Positions 34,225-44,413 of a DNA stretch of 50,488 nucleotides are shown in pieces. The stretch is from the IMG/VR virus record IMGVR_UViG_3300005326_000058, positions 1 to 50,488 of that record, one strand, 5' to 3'. The number at the start of each line of letters is the position of its first letter. Positions within the stretch are counted from its first letter, which is position 1. Below the pieces are notes generated by a model, which made no database searches, had not been told where the DNA came from, and was given only the letters and a program-made list of their open reading frames with translations. This stretch comes from a virus. Its lineage: Duplodnaviria > Caudoviricetes. The position numbers and the translations under genes are program-made.

Positions 34225-35907
34225 TTACACCTCAACTCCATATTCAATACTATTATACCTTACGTTGCATGTGTTGTCAGCTTCTACTACTATGTTTAAC
34301 TGCATTGCAGCGTACCTGTCCACACTATTATATCCTAAATCAAGTACATCCTCATCACTAACTTCTAAATCTGGAGTATCTTCTACTGTACTCCTGGCCT
34401 CGGTTACTTTCAGGAATGATGTGCATCCGGGGATCCAGTCTGCAGTTAAGGTGAAGAGTAATTCCGTGTCTTCTTCTGTTGCAGTGTCAGGGTCTATGCT
34501 GGTGTCTGAAAGGTCACTTTCCGGACCTAATACTTTCATTAGGCTGAAATCGTCAAATGTGAATGTTACTGGCTGGTTAGCTCCCCAGTGGTGAGCGTAC
34601 ATTCCAATATCTGTGGGGGTTATTCCCAGGCTGCTAGTCGTGTATAATGTTGTCCAGGCTGTTCCCCCAGCACTATAATCAAAGTAGTATGTTCCCCCAC
34701 GGTAGGTGATCCTCATCCAGTATGCCCCACCGGCCACTTCCGTATTTGTACCAGTAGGGTCTTGGAAGTAGTATTTACTATCTGTCCCATTCCTCCAGAA
34801 TTTAAATTCCTTCACATTTGAGCGGGTGTTCATTAAGAAAATTCCACCCTCCACATCCCCATTCAGGCTGCTGTTGGTGAATCGTATCTTAAACTGCCAA
34901 TCCCCATTATCTAATGGTGTGTAAACGATTGGTACGGTGGAGAAATTAGAAGTAGTAATTCCACTATCCACAATTACATTAAGCGTCCCTGAGCTTTCAG
35001 TTACATCAGTACCACTTGTAGGGTCGCTGACTGTCCAGATACTACTGTCTATGCTTGCATCGTTGAAATCATCCACGGCCACTTCTACCTGGTAAGGGTC
35101 TGGTTCGTCACTGGTTAATGCAGCACTGGTGAAGCTACTACTGATTGCACTTGCAGAACTGTTCCCATATATCATATAGATTGTTTTCATGGAGGGAGTG
35201 ATTGGTATCACTGGGACTTGTACTGTGACTATCGCATAGCTGCTATCTACTTTTGAGTCTATGTTATGGCATAGGAATGACCGACCATCAGTGTTTAGGA
35301 ATCTGAGGTCTGAGAAGTCCGTGTTCATATCGGCATCGTAGGGGATCAGTATCTTCTTCAACTGTCCAGGGACTAGTTCGGTACTCGCCCCTTCAAAAGT
35401 GATTGCAACCATCCGATCCCATCCAGTGGGGATGTACCTTTCAAGTGTGATAGAATCATAGTAAAGGTACCTTTTAGGGAGATTCACCTGTACTTTACCA
35501 GATGTGGCCGTGACTATGTTTGATTTGCTTAAAGATGCCATTGCCCGGCTCAGTCTGAGGTTGAATAGTATATCCTCAGTGACCTCTGTAGAGGGAATTG
35601 TAGTGGTTATATATTCCCCTATAATGTCAATTTCACCATTAGGGAGTATGCCATTCAAGGTTACAGTGGTTTTAAACCCATCCATTGGGGTGGCTGGAGC
35701 GTCCCGGGTCCAGTTCAAGTTCACATTGTCCCATGCAAAGTTCTTCCCTAAACTAGGGTTTAAGGTTTTATTGAACTCTGCAATCACCTTCCCATCTACT
35801 TGAGGGTTGTATAATACGCCTTCAAGGTCGTTGAAGATTATGTTACTGTATGGGAGATCTGTCTGGACCATGGCCTCCCCGGTTACTGGAATATTGTAAC
35901 TTACCAT
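34225..35907 (-). CDS. Tail protein with DUF2341-like and ConA/LamG-like domains
   Basis: DM..DFSDLRF...L.H.I....YMIYGN motif; DDFND...W...YWMRI...YS..G..WT...FDDF. Confidence 0.75.
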   Translation of the reverse strand: MVSYNIPVTGEAMVQTDLPYSNIIFNDLEGVLYNPQVDGKVIAEFNKTLNPSLGKNFAWDNVNLNWTRDAPATPMDGFKTTVTLNGILPNGEIDIIGEYITTTIPSTEVTEDILFNLRLSRAMASLSKSNIVTATSGKVQVNLPKRYLYYDSITLERYIPTGWDRMVAITFEGASTELVPGQLKKILIPYDADMNTDFSDLRFLNTDGRSFLCHNIDSKVDSSYAIVTVQVPVIPITPSMKTIYMIYGNSSASAISSSFTSAALTSDEPDPYQVEVAVDDFNDASIDSSIWTVSDPTSGTDVTESSGTLNVIVDSGITTSNFSTVPIVYTPLDNGDWQFKIRFTNSSLNGDVEGGIFLMNTRSNVKEFKFWRNGTDSKYYFQDPTGTNTEVAGGAYWMRITYRGGTYYFDYSAGGTAWTTLYTTSSLGITPTDIGMYAHHWGANQPVTFTFDDFSLMKVLGPESDLSDTSIDPDTATEEDTELLFTLTADWIPGCTSFLKVTEARSTVEDTPDLEVSDEDVLDLGYNSVDRYAAMQLNIVVEADNTCNVRYNSIEYGVEV

Positions 35908-38174
35908 TAGTAACCACTCCTTATGAATGCTCCAGGGCTTATGAAGTCCATGTTTGCCAATGACCGGCTGTCATACTGTCTTCTGTTTTCGATTCCAATG
36001 GCTTTCTTCATGGTTTTGTCCAGGTTGTCCATCATTTGATTATAGTAACTTCCCGGCCTGTTCACACTTACACGTGCCAAACATTTAGGTGAACCATCCT
36101 TTTTAAGAGTATATGTGACTGTTTTGGTGCTGTAATTGCCTGATAAACGTTCATTCATGAGCTTACTAACCACGTACTCGGAGGGATTTAACAAAGGACA
36201 CCCTAGTATTTCAAGGGTGAAACTGTTAATACAGTAACTGTTCTGTTCCACGAAACGACGGGTTTCAATGTCAGCATCTGTCTGATTGTTAATGTCTGAG
36301 TAACTCTCATAGGCTTCCCATGCTCCAGGGCCGTAGGCTAATACGCTTTCACTGTTTTCAGCATAGGACACTCCGGTTTCCTCATTCTCTCCTACCATGT
36401 ATTTGTAGTGGGCTAGTTTCGCATTCCGGAGGTCTTCCTGAGTGTCGTAGGTGATGTCTGTTATATTGGCATTCACCCCACTAACCGCCTCCACGGGCGC
36501 TGGTAGGTTCATTTCTGGAGCCACACATAGGACGTCTAAACCCCTACGTCTAGCATAATCAACGTAACCAACATAATCTAACCTGTTTAAGATTTCTGCT
36601 AAGTTTTCATAAGGGTAATTGGTTTCCTGGGCGAGTTCAAACTCCTTATTTATGTCCTCAGGGTACACCCCGAACTCTATTAAAGTGATTGCACTGTTTT
36701 TCCTTGCATCCACCTGATCACTGGTTAGTGTGTCGGTGAGCCTTATCTTGGTGATGTAATAGTTCCCACTGTTTGCTATGTTATCAAAAGCATTATTAAG
36801 GTCGAATTTAATAACCTGTTCCCTACCATTGAGGATCGGGGTTTCCTGCCCTATAACATTATTTTCCCCAGACTTCCCAGAGAATAATATGTTATATGTA
36901 ACTGCACTGGTTGGTGTTTCTCCAGCCTTGTACATGGTCACTTCTATGTTGAACTGTACTCTGTTGTTTTTGTTACAGCTTTCACCTGCAGCCATGTATT
37001 TTAAGTAATAAATATTATCTGTTGCTGCATCTATTGGGTTTGATGGGTTGTTATAGAGGGTTAAGTAACAGTTAAGGTCGGGGGTTACCCCACAACTGTC
37101 CACGGCCACCTTATCATAAGTGATTCTCATCCCAGTGGATGGGTCTAATGTTTTAATAAAACCACTGTTGGAGACACTGTTAAAATCTGAAACGCTCTTG
37201 AAGTTCTTATACACCTTGTAAGGGTAGCTTATCCCGTAAGCCATGACCCCGTATTCCTGGGTGTCTGAAAGGTGCCTTATGGCTTCAAATGCAGATCCTA
37301 ACTGCATCACTGGGAATGTGTATGTATTGTCACTGGAGGGGGTGATACCAATTGCATAGTTGGCATAGTTTGGCCGGCGGTATAGGTCGATCAGCCGGTC
37401 TGCAAAGTGGAGGGTAAGTTGGTTTAAATCGTTGCCTGTGGTCGTGCCTAAAAGGTAGCCTCCGAACCTTACTCTCATATTGTCCGGGCTATCTCCAAGG
37501 ATAATGTTTAAAATATCGGTGCGGTCAAATACTTTCAGGCTGTGAATGTTCCGGTTAGGGTCGTTCCATTCCTCACGCATGGGGAGGGTTATGTCAGCGG
37601 TGTTAATATCTCCCACGGTGTTCTGGGTGAACTCTGTATCAATCCAGTCAAGCCTGTATCTACTCTTTGTTTCTTCGCTACTGTAATAATCAAGCTTGTA
37701 AAGTATGAGGTGGTCAGCCCATGAATCTTTCCCATTGAAATCTATACGGAACTCATGGCTGCCACTTGAGAGGTCAATATGTCCAAAGTCAATGTACCGG
37801 TAATGCTCTGTCTGATGGTTGGTGTTTGCAGATCCAATGAGTGTACTGTCTATGGTGAGTGATACTGTTTTATCCCCGCACCACGGCTGTCTAAGTGTTC
37901 TTAAAAGTACCCAGTAGGTTCCGGCTTCATTTATGGTCCTGTTGGTGGTGATGTAAGCTGATGTTGTACTCCTGTAACTTGAAAGTCCAACCAGGTTGGC
38001 TCCATTTCTCTTCCAATTGTAAAGGTCGGTAGTGCTTTTTTCCCAGTTAGGGCATAGGAAGCGGTACTTATTAGCATGGTCTTTCGCCCACATTTCCAGG
38101 AAAATGTAAGGATCATCAGTGATAACTTGCTGCCCTTCATTGAATAATGAGGGTTGAAATTCAGCGGAAATCAC
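35907..38174 (-). CDS. Tail tip / hub protein with a carbohydrate-binding-like domain
   Basis: Second gene after the tape measure protein; AGTYWV.LR...L.SGSH..RI CBM-like module; F.GY...L.F.DRL hub-like motif. Confidence 0.65.
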   Translation of the reverse strand: MISAEFQPSLFNEGQQVITDDPYIFLEMWAKDHANKYRFLCPNWEKSTTDLYNWKRNGANLVGLSSYRSTTSAYITTNRTINEAGTYWVLLRTLRQPWCGDKTVSLTIDSTLIGSANTNHQTEHYRYIDFGHIDLSSGSHEFRIDFNGKDSWADHLILYKLDYYSSEETKSRYRLDWIDTEFTQNTVGDINTADITLPMREEWNDPNRNIHSLKVFDRTDILNIILGDSPDNMRVRFGGYLLGTTTGNDLNQLTLHFADRLIDLYRRPNYANYAIGITPSSDNTYTFPVMQLGSAFEAIRHLSDTQEYGVMAYGISYPYKVYKNFKSVSDFNSVSNSGFIKTLDPSTGMRITYDKVAVDSCGVTPDLNCYLTLYNNPSNPIDAATDNIYYLKYMAAGESCNKNNRVQFNIEVTMYKAGETPTSAVTYNILFSGKSGENNVIGQETPILNGREQVIKFDLNNAFDNIANSGNYYITKIRLTDTLTSDQVDARKNSAITLIEFGVYPEDINKEFELAQETNYPYENLAEILNRLDYVGYVDYARRRGLDVLCVAPEMNLPAPVEAVSGVNANITDITYDTQEDLRNAKLAHYKYMVGENEETGVSYAENSESVLAYGPGAWEAYESYSDINNQTDADIETRRFVEQNSYCINSFTLEILGCPLLNPSEYVVSKLMNERLSGNYSTKTVTYTLKKDGSPKCLARVSVNRPGSYYNQMMDNLDKTMKKAIGIENRRQYDSRSLANMDFISPGAFIRSGY

Positions 38175-38177
38175 TTT

Positions 38178-40541
38178 TTAAACCTCACTCTGTAAGACTA
38201 TCTTCTGCCAGGTGGGTCGGAACCATTCCCTAGCATTGTACAAATAACTGTCATCTGATGCCTCAGCTATAGTGCTGTCATACACTCCGATACCTGTCAG
38301 TTCTGCGGCTGGTATGCTGTCGCTCTTTATTGTCCGGGGTTCGGGGCTGATGATTTGCATTCTCCACCGGTCAGCTGGTGATGGGGTGGTACATGAACCA
38401 TACCCTTTATTCCATAGGTTGCAATAGAATTGTGTGAGCATTGAAATATCTGTATTAACTAAGGTAGTGTCCATATAGTTACTGTCTATTCTGAAAGTCA
38501 CTACCTCTGCACTATCATTTAAAATACCTATTGTGAGGCTTGTATCACCCGTGCTTGGAACCCCTACAATTGGTACAACTTGTTCATCTCCAGTGGTCAC
38601 GAACTCCACAGGGTCGCATAATCCGTTCCAGTCCTGATCCCACATGTAAAGGTGCATAGTCTTACCGGCAGTGTCTGCCTTAATATGGGTATGGAATGAG
38701 TGATCCACTCCTAAAACTGGAGTAACACCGGTTATCATAACTCCACTAAGGGCTGTGGCACTAGTCACACATTTAAGACTCTTACTCCCATCAACGAACC
38801 AATCGGTAACATTCGATAATGTGCTCCCATCTGTTGGACTGAAACCGTCCGTATTCGTTTCTGCCCCTGCTTGGTTTGTTGTTAAGATATTACTCGAAGT
38901 GGTAGTAGTTCCATCATGATAATAACACGTTTTTCCTGTGAACCCTAGAGCAGTAGTTGGATGTTTAACCCATATATGCCTTTTACCAGCCCGCATAGTC
39001 CATAAAGTCCTGTCAATTTGTAGGCTGAAAACCCATGGTGTAACCAAGAATGGCCTTACCAGTAAGATGTCACTGGGGAAAACAAAAGTATTCAGATCAA
39101 CCCATGCGGATCCATTATGGTATGCGAAGGTGACACTATCATCATCAGTGGTGAGTTTGATTAATCCATTAGTCACATTGAAATATAATGGGTCAAGGTC
39201 TATCTCATTTCCTGTGACTAACCTTGCAGTAGAATCAGCATAGTTACTGTTCCATGCTTTTATCGTACCTTTATAGAAATTAGCGGGTGTGACTTGGAAT
39301 GTTGGGAAAGATGTGGGGTTTACTATACATGGAATTGCCCCTTCACTACCAGTTCGTGTGAATGTAGAGGTCTGATCTACCACCGCACCGATAGGGGCTA
39401 CAGTTACGTTGGGTTTTAAGGCGTCAATGTATTCATAAATATTGAGATATGCAGCTCGGGTGGTTGCTGATGTGCTGCTAGCATTCTCCTGGGAGAGGAC
39501 CAGGTACCGGTCCAGGTCAAAGTTCACCCCTGTATTTGCAGGACCAAAGACTGGACTGCCATAACTAGGTGTGCCACTACTGTAATCTTTATCCACATAG
39601 ACTGTTAGGTTGCTTACCCCTGTCCCGCCACTGAGTTCAAACTTAATGGCAGGTGTCTTTTCAGTTGCACCTAAAGTTATGGGACTTATGAGTGCTGAAT
39701 CAACACCACGGACTCTTTTACCTATTTCCAGAGTTGCCCCGGTGTCCTTAACTCTTATCATTATCCGGATAATATCCTTGTATTCTATTTCTGTCTTATT
39801 AGAAGGTCTTCCATCCACTAAGAAGAGGTTTAAGTGGTGTTCTGCAGCCCCACTGGCAGGTAAGGCATCCCATTCTAGTGTAAATTCAGCGGTGAAATCA
39901 TCCGGAACTGTATCCTGTAAGATAGTCCAGAGGTAACCCCATGTCCAGTTAGTCGCAGACGCACCACTGAAAACTAGTTTACCTCCACTAGATACTATGT
40001 CTTCACCACTGGCCATGTTCTCATCATATTTGGCCTCCCATGTGCTGGTAGTGTCAAAGTCTGAGAAGTCCTCATCAAGGATAGTTTCCTGGATAAGGTC
40101 TGAGTAATCCTCTGACATTTCAATATCACTAGCATCCTCTCCACCCTGGCTGTGAAGGATAGTTAATATTTCACTAGTGTTCTGGCTGATCATTTCTCCT
40201 TCAATGGTCACCTCACTAAGTCTGTTGTTGAAATAGGAATCGGTGACCTTTCCAATGTTCATTAAACCTTTATGAACTTCTGTTAATTCATTTAAAATAG
40301 AAGCTACGGTACTAACTGGACTTTCAACTGGCATAACTCCCCAACGGCTGTTCTTACTGGATACAACTTTAACCCCTGATTCTGTTTTGGTTAAAGTTTC
40401 AGCCAATCCTTTCAACTGTTGGGCCTGTTCTGGAGGGCACCGGATGACTATAACCCTACTCCCATCACTCCCTTGGGGGTCACGGGTCACTTTATTTGGC
40501 CGGGTTAATTCAATTGGTCCAATCTTACTGAGCGTGGTCAT
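38178..40541 (-). CDS. Distal-tail-like protein with inserted lectin/CBM-like domains
   Basis: Directly after the tape measure protein; EDFSDF...W ConA-like and NIL..NQ...E...GF CBM-like segments. Confidence 0.6.
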   Translation of the reverse strand: MTTLSKIGPIELTRPNKVTRDPQGSDGSRVIVIRCPPEQAQQLKGLAETLTKTESGVKVVSSKNSRWGVMPVESPVSTVASILNELTEVHKGLMNIGKVTDSYFNNRLSEVTIEGEMISQNTSEILTILHSQGGEDASDIEMSEDYSDLIQETILDEDFSDFDTTSTWEAKYDENMASGEDIVSSGGKLVFSGASATNWTWGYLWTILQDTVPDDFTAEFTLEWDALPASGAAEHHLNLFLVDGRPSNKTEIEYKDIIRIMIRVKDTGATLEIGKRVRGVDSALISPITLGATEKTPAIKFELSGGTGVSNLTVYVDKDYSSGTPSYGSPVFGPANTGVNFDLDRYLVLSQENASSTSATTRAAYLNIYEYIDALKPNVTVAPIGAVVDQTSTFTRTGSEGAIPCIVNPTSFPTFQVTPANFYKGTIKAWNSNYADSTARLVTGNEIDLDPLYFNVTNGLIKLTTDDDSVTFAYHNGSAWVDLNTFVFPSDILLVRPFLVTPWVFSLQIDRTLWTMRAGKRHIWVKHPTTALGFTGKTCYYHDGTTTTSSNILTTNQAGAETNTDGFSPTDGSTLSNVTDWFVDGSKSLKCVTSATALSGVMITGVTPVLGVDHSFHTHIKADTAGKTMHLYMWDQDWNGLCDPVEFVTTGDEQVVPIVGVPSTGDTSLTIGILNDSAEVVTFRIDSNYMDTTLVNTDISMLTQFYCNLWNKGYGSCTTPSPADRWRMQIISPEPRTIKSDSIPAAELTGIGVYDSTIAEASDDSYLYNAREWFRPTWQKIVLQSEV

Positions 40542-40546
40542 CTAAT

Positions 40547-43500
40547 TTAGCCTCCAAAACGTGTTCTGTTCTTCCGTTTAACAGCCTCTTCCATCGTGGA
40601 TTTGGCTACTTCTTTCATCTGTTCCTTGTAGTCTTCCATCCCTATGAATGAACCTTGTATTTGTATAGCTCCTTCATGGAAGTGAACACCACCTGAGCTT
40701 GAATCTCCAGGGCCACTAGGTGGAGGGTTATAAGAACTTGATAAGGCCCTCATAGAAGGATCATACTCTTTATTCCCAGCTTTTAACCATACATGGCTGT
40801 TTCCACCCCATGTCCCCCAAACCATTTCAGAAGGCAATCCAAAGAGTCCGCTGGCTATTTGCATGAGTCCTAGGGTCATGTCGAAACAATTCCCTCCACT
40901 ATCGAGGGCTGCCATCGGATCCTTACCATGGCCCGGATATCCGAGGTATTCCAGTCCCGGGCCTATGTCAGTCATGAATTGTGCAAAATCCTTAGCACCG
41001 GGGCCACTTGGAGGGTTCCACTGCCCACGTAGTAACATTGCAGCCATGTCAAAAGGTTGGCCTCCTATTGTGGCCCATGTGTGAGGTATTGCTGTCCCAT
41101 TCCATAAACCGTTTGTAAGTCCGCCTCCGAGCCCCATTTTACGGTTAGCCTCTGTTAATAAAAATTCAGCTCCATCAAAACAGTTGCAAGTTCCGGAATC
41201 CCAAACTTCCCTGTTTGATTTTTGACCATTCATGTAAAATTCATAACTCAAATGGTCAGCCATCCCATTAGCAATATCAGTAAATGCACTAACACCTTGG
41301 AATCGTTTACCCATAGCACTGGCAATATTTCCCTGTCCGAGGCCGCTCATCCGAGATATTTCACCACTGACCATGTTAGTTAAAGGCCCACGTGGTCCGC
41401 TGGCAAGGAGTGCCCGGGCTCTTGAACCCACATCAGCAGCTACATTTACGGCTCGGGTTCCGCCTCCAGGCCCCCAAGGCCATGAGAATGGGGGAATTAT
41501 GGCTTTAATGTAATCAAGTATCTGCCCGGCTGTTGGTATGTCCCACCATAGTTCCTTTATTTTCTCCCATGTCTGGCTTAAAAACTGTCCTGGATTGGGA
41601 ATACTCCACCATAATTCTTTAATCTTGTCCCATGTCTGCCCTAAAATCTGGTTTACTCCAGGTATTTTCCAATTCAAAGGGTTAATCTTATCCCAAATCC
41701 CCTTTAATATTTGGCCAACATTAGGGACCTTCCAGTTGAAATTTGGAACTTTAGGGACTAATACGTTCTTAATCTTCTCTAATATTTGTTGAGGGGTGGG
41801 CCATTTAAGCCCTGCAAGTGGTGTTCCTCTTAGGATTCCTTTCTCCCCAAATATGTCATCACCTATTGACTTCTTACCATCTTTTCCAGCAGCTGAAGAA
41901 GTTCCAGGGAGTAACTTTTTAATTGTATCATAAGAAGTACCCATCACACCTATACCAGGAACACCAGCTCTAAGGAAGTCGAGGAAGCTCATCTTTTCCC
42001 CGCCAATCATGGCCCCTGCAAAGGCCCCAGGTCCCGTTCCTAGTGGCCCCTGTAACCCAATACTGCTCATGAGTTGGTTATGATCTCCACCTAAAAGGTC
42101 GTTGATTTGTTTTAAACCATAACCTCCAGCTACAGCTGCACCTCCTACCACCATTATACTTCCAAGGCCACCAGCTATGGTTGCAGCTGGAACTCCAAAG
42201 AACCCTCCTTGCTGTCCTGTGGTTCCGCCCACTGGTGTTGGAGAAGAAGGGCGTGGACTCCATTTGCTCTCAATCCAATCCTTTAAATCATTGAATTTAC
42301 CAATGACTGCATCTTTGAAGCTGGTTAAAGGTCCGCTTATCTTGTCTTTTAATCCACTGAAAAGCTCCCCAACCTTATCACTCATTGATGAGATCCCGTT
42401 ACTAGCTAAATCTTTAAGCTTGCCTAAAACTGTACTTATTTTATCCGTTGGAATCATTTGGGATAGTTTTTGAGCGACTTGTATGGCTCCAGAACCTATG
42501 GCTTTAAAGATACCAATAAATGGGCTGAAAAGACTACCTAATACTTTAACAGCACCTCCAGCCATTCCAAGTATTCCAGCGAAGAATATAAGATTCCCAA
42601 TGAAGTTTTGAGTTTCAGGATCCAATGCTATGAACCAGTCCATGATAGGTGAAATGGCATCCATGAACTTGTTAAAACCATCAGTCATTCCCCTCATGAG
42701 GGTGTCGGTGATGATAAGGGCCTTGTTATAATTAGCCATTGGGCCGGTGGTGAGCGTGGAGAGGTTTTCACCGGTTTCTGTCATGGAACCCTTGTTTTTG
42801 GCAATGGTTTCCATGGCTGCTATGCGTTCCTCTGGAGTTTTGGCAGCTTCGAGTATTTGGGCCTCTTCAGGGGTTACATCCCCACGGAAAAGGGCAGCTG
42901 AATAACCACTGGTAAGGTATTGACCATAGTTCCTGAGTAATTCCTGTCTTTGCACCGGGTCAGGTGTGAATGCTGCAGCATCTATGGCAGATAATGATCT
43001 ATATGTTTGGCTTGGTGGTGCTCCCTGAATGACATATTTCAGCACCCTTTGGATGTCAGTGTCTGGGGTGGATGAAGCTACAGTGTACTGTTTATATTGC
43101 CCCATGATGGTTTCAGCATCTTGAGGTGTTTCACTGTTAGAGAGCATGGCCTGAGTAGTTGCCCTTCCCATACCATACATGAATATTTCACGCAGTCCAG
43201 CCCCACCTGCAACAGTGGCGAAAATATCACCAAGGCTGGCCTCCATGCTGCTAAATTCACCCACGATAGATTTAACACCAGATGCGGCGGTGCTGTGCAT
43301 CTTATTTATCGTGGCTGCGAACCTACTATGTAAACCTCCAAAATCAACCGCACTTATGCCTGAACTTATAGTGTTACCAATAGTCCGAACTCCAGAACTG
43401 GTGCTGTTCTGCATTTTTTTCATCACAGCGTCAAGGGAGCTTGAGAGTTTATCGAACCTGGAATTGTTGATCTGTTCAATATCTGCCTTTGCTTTCTGGC

Positions 43501-43657
43501 CGGCTTTCCCTGCATCTGCCAGGTCCTTTTTAACTCCAGATAGATCAGGACCGTTCACTTTCTGGTTTAGATCTCCCAGGGCCTTCTTCCATCCAGCTGT
43601 GAACTCCCCAGTATCCAAGATGAGTTTTGCTTTTACAGTACCGCCGTCAGCAACCAT
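40547..43657 (-). CDS. Tape measure protein with two C-terminal transglutaminase-like domains
   Basis: 1036 aa, Ala/Gly-rich helical with TM-like stretches and Trp repeats; NCFD...H.W...D occurs twice. Confidence 0.9.
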   Translation of the reverse strand: MVADGGTVKAKLILDTGEFTAGWKKALGDLNQKVNGPDLSGVKKDLADAGKAGQKAKADIEQINNSRFDKLSSSLDAVMKKMQNSTSSGVRTIGNTISSGISAVDFGGLHSRFAATINKMHSTAASGVKSIVGEFSSMEASLGDIFATVAGGAGLREIFMYGMGRATTQAMLSNSETPQDAETIMGQYKQYTVASSTPDTDIQRVLKYVIQGAPPSQTYRSLSAIDAAAFTPDPVQRQELLRNYGQYLTSGYSAALFRGDVTPEEAQILEAAKTPEERIAAMETIAKNKGSMTETGENLSTLTTGPMANYNKALIITDTLMRGMTDGFNKFMDAISPIMDWFIALDPETQNFIGNLIFFAGILGMAGGAVKVLGSLFSPFIGIFKAIGSGAIQVAQKLSQMIPTDKISTVLGKLKDLASNGISSMSDKVGELFSGLKDKISGPLTSFKDAVIGKFNDLKDWIESKWSPRPSSPTPVGGTTGQQGGFFGVPAATIAGGLGSIMVVGGAAVAGGYGLKQINDLLGGDHNQLMSSIGLQGPLGTGPGAFAGAMIGGEKMSFLDFLRAGVPGIGVMGTSYDTIKKLLPGTSSAAGKDGKKSIGDDIFGEKGILRGTPLAGLKWPTPQQILEKIKNVLVPKVPNFNWKVPNVGQILKGIWDKINPLNWKIPGVNQILGQTWDKIKELWWSIPNPGQFLSQTWEKIKELWWDIPTAGQILDYIKAIIPPFSWPWGPGGGTRAVNVAADVGSRARALLASGPRGPLTNMVSGEISRMSGLGQGNIASAMGKRFQGVSAFTDIANGMADHLSYEFYMNGQKSNREVWDSGTCNCFDGAEFLLTEANRKMGLGGGLTNGLWNGTAIPHTWATIGGQPFDMAAMLLRGQWNPPSGPGAKDFAQFMTDIGPGLEYLGYPGHGKDPMAALDSGGNCFDMTLGLMQIASGLFGLPSEMVWGTWGGNSHVWLKAGNKEYDPSMRALSSSYNPPPSGPGDSSSGGVHFHEGAIQIQGSFIGMEDYKEQMKEVAKSTMEEAVKRKNRTRFGG

Positions 43658-43721
43658 GGTGTTATCTCCAATAATAATGAATAAAAAGTGTTAAAATGAA
43701 AAATAAAAAGAAATAAAGAAT

Positions 43722-44108
43722 TTAAAGAACTTTCCTTATATGTGCAGCCAGTATATCTTCTTCAAAGACAGCTGCAGTCCCCTTAGTCATGTAGTGATCT
43801 ATACCCTTCAATGGGTGGTCAAACTCAAATTCATGCTGTTTTTCAGCGTAATCAAAACCCTTATTGGATAATGCAGAGTACCATAGGTCTGCCTGGAAGT
43901 GTGGTGTTGGACTTAATATTTTACTCTGGAAGCTATCCTGGAGGTAACCATGCTTTAAAGGTACGTATGGAAAGGTTTCATGTTCCACCTTTTCAATAAG
44001 GTGGTCCGCTGCAATGTCCGTCTGTAGCTGGACCAGATGGTCAACGTTACTCATCTTCTCTTCAGAGTCAGAGGTGTCAAGTAGTACGCTAATCATCTTC
44101 AAGGTCAC
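43722..44108 (-). CDS. HK97 gp10-like neck / tail-completion protein
   Basis: PYVP...G.L..S...YAE.QHE...P..G...YM pattern. Confidence 0.7.
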   Translation of the reverse strand: MTLKMISVLLDTSDSEEKMSNVDHLVQLQTDIAADHLIEKVEHETFPYVPLKHGYLQDSFQSKILSPTPHFQADLWYSALSNKGFDYAEKQHEFEFDHPLKGIDHYMTKGTAAVFEEDILAAHIRKVL

Positions 44109-44413
44109 GTCCAGTTATCTTGTTAAACACATCCAGGGTTTCCGGGTCCTCTTCAATACCATACTTATTAGATGGTTTCCTATACTTGTCAGGGTTTTCT
44201 GCCATGTCTGCCCTCATTTCAAGGACTTCATTGGTCCAGGAGAGTAAAGAATAAGATGTGTAAGTATCAGTATCCCAGAAATCATTTATACTCCCTTTAA
44301 ATGCTTTATTCATGGTCATGATGAAGTAATGTCTTAGAAGGGTGTCTTCTATTAAAAGAGAAATTGTGGTTCCTTCATCATGGGTGTTGATGGATTCAGG
44401 CTTCTTCTCGAAA
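44089..44413 (-). CDS. Tail assembly chaperone C-terminal extension (gpT-like, +1 frame)
   Basis: Overlaps the chaperone 3' end in the +1 frame; FW..D motif; no clear RBS. Confidence 0.7.

Noticed and set aside
30633-40541. Diversity-generating retroelement or invertible tail-fibre cassette
   Set aside because: No reverse transcriptase, template/variable repeat pair or flanking inversion sites were seen.
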